Below, piece by piece: positions 61,401 through 64,000 of a stretch of DNA of 64,000 nt. Location of the stretch: assembly GCA_013115145.1 (NCBI GenBank), contig JAAPAO010000013.1:78342-142341 (forward strand), given 5' to 3'. Under the pieces are notes generated by a model. The model was not told the DNA's origin and did no database searches. It saw nothing but the letters and a program-made list of their open reading frames with translations. The position numbers and the translations under genes were made by a program. Source of the DNA: Perkinsus chesapeaki ATCC PRA-425 (Eukaryota; Protista; Perkinsozoa). Numbering within the stretch: position 1 is the stretch's first letter; the number at the start of each line of letters is the position of its first letter.

Positions 61401-62182
61401 CCTCCCTCCGAGATATGGTTGCTGGTAGGTGAAATGAAAGAGGAGATCAAGGACTTGGAGAAACGGGATCACGAGCTTAGACGCTTCGTGAAGGAGCTAA
61501 AGGCAGAGCACGACCGATTGAAAAGAAGTGTAGGTGTTTTGTCATGTTGGACGAGCAATCGGAGTTGTGGTGCTAGGTGGAGGACTTGGTCCATCGTCGG
61601 GAGAGCGAAGATGCTGTCTTGCATAAGATAGTGGCAGCTGAGAAGGATACTGAGGCCGAGGAGGATCGGTTACAGCACAGGATAAGGTTTCTTGTGGAGG
61701 ACGTGGGCTCATTGACGTCCAGACGAAACAAGACCGATACAGATCTCAAGGATGCATACTCATTGCTGGAGCGAGTGCAGCTTCAAATAGCGGACGTTGA
61801 GGCCCGACGAGATGCAATGAACGATGAGCTTCGAAATGCTGAGCAACGGCTAAAAGAATGTGAAAAGGAGCGCACCGATTTGCTGACGGAGATCGCTCAA
61901 CTACACCATTTCCGAGACAAGCTTGAAGTTAGATGTGACGTCTTCGCTAAGGACTTTGACAGAGCTAATGACATCCTTGGAGAGCTACATTATGAAATAA
62001 GCTTGATGGAACGACGACGGGATGCAATGCGGAGTATCAATGCTTCTGGTTCGACGCGAAGAGAATCGAGCGGTGGCCATTTCCGTGAGCACCCGCCCGG
62101 GCAGCCTTACCAGAATCGTTCTCCGCAAGGGAGGCCAGCTGCTGCCTTCCGTCCTCGGCGTCGAAAGCATCATCCGCTTTGA
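58460..62182 (+). CDS. Long Glu-rich coiled-coil protein, multi-exon
   Basis: The 668-aa ORF 59109-61115 and 201-aa ORF 61577-62182 show heptad-like E/L/K/R periodicity; the start is uncertain. Confidence 0.7.
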
Positions 62183-62664
62183 GCTAGCCTTTGATGTGTT
62201 CCTACATGTACCATTAGCAGTCGATGTTCCGATACAGCGTTGTTGAGTTATGCCAGTTCACGGACGATCACGCTGAGGTAAATACGAACGAATAGCAGTC
62301 CGGATCATAAGCTATACGGTTAGGCACGGATAGATATAACAACTCTCGTGAACTAGCGAAACCGCGCGCTCCGAGCTTGGAAGTGTATAGGTCCTTCGAG
62401 CGGAAGGGCGAGCGCCATGGTGAAACAAGCTGCGTCCCCTGCGACGGTCGCAATGATCGCGCGCTGACGGTGTTGCAAGGTCGATCCTCGCAGTTGAGCG
62501 AAGTTCCTGGAAAGTATATACGCATTCAGCACTTGTGCACACAAATTCTTGTGGCAACCCGAAACCAATGATGCGGACCATGAGTGGCCGAACCGCACCG
62601 AGCATTACGTCCGCCATCGCTGAATGTGTTTTCTTCATAGGATTAAGCTGCGTTCCCGTCGGAA

Positions 62665-64000
<1,336 letters not shown>

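Overview
Gene-dense, intron-rich eukaryotic DNA with short (~40-70 nt) GT-AG introns. By inference from gene structure and family content it looks like a Perkinsus-type (dinoflagellate-sister) genome; this was not checked against a database. Recognisable genes: a full-size peroxisomal-type ABCD transporter, TFIIH p44/SSL1, two peptidase S28 paralogues, two RWDD2-like paralogues, an S4+RsuA-family pseudouridine synthase, a putative glycosyltransferase, a U1A-like two-RRM protein, RNA polymerase I largest subunit, glutaryl-CoA dehydrogenase, prefoldin 6 and ALG5. There are also several hypothetical genes. Four observations stand out. (1) A five-gene tandem array (9.4-17.9 kb) encodes bacterial-lipobox-like, TIM-barrel glycoside-hydrolase-like proteins; four copies are intronless and the fifth has two introns. 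(2) Near-perfect hairpins and palindromes recur in non-coding DNA (6.5-6.9 kb, 20.0 kb, 23.6 kb, 54.6 kb). (3) A 36-kb block carries genes on one strand only. (4) A secreted protein with two copies of an unrecognised 4-Cys domain and a poly-Thr mucin tail runs off the right edge. Multi-exon boundaries were spliced by hand and are approximate. No rRNA, tRNA, CRISPR array or recognisable transposase was found.
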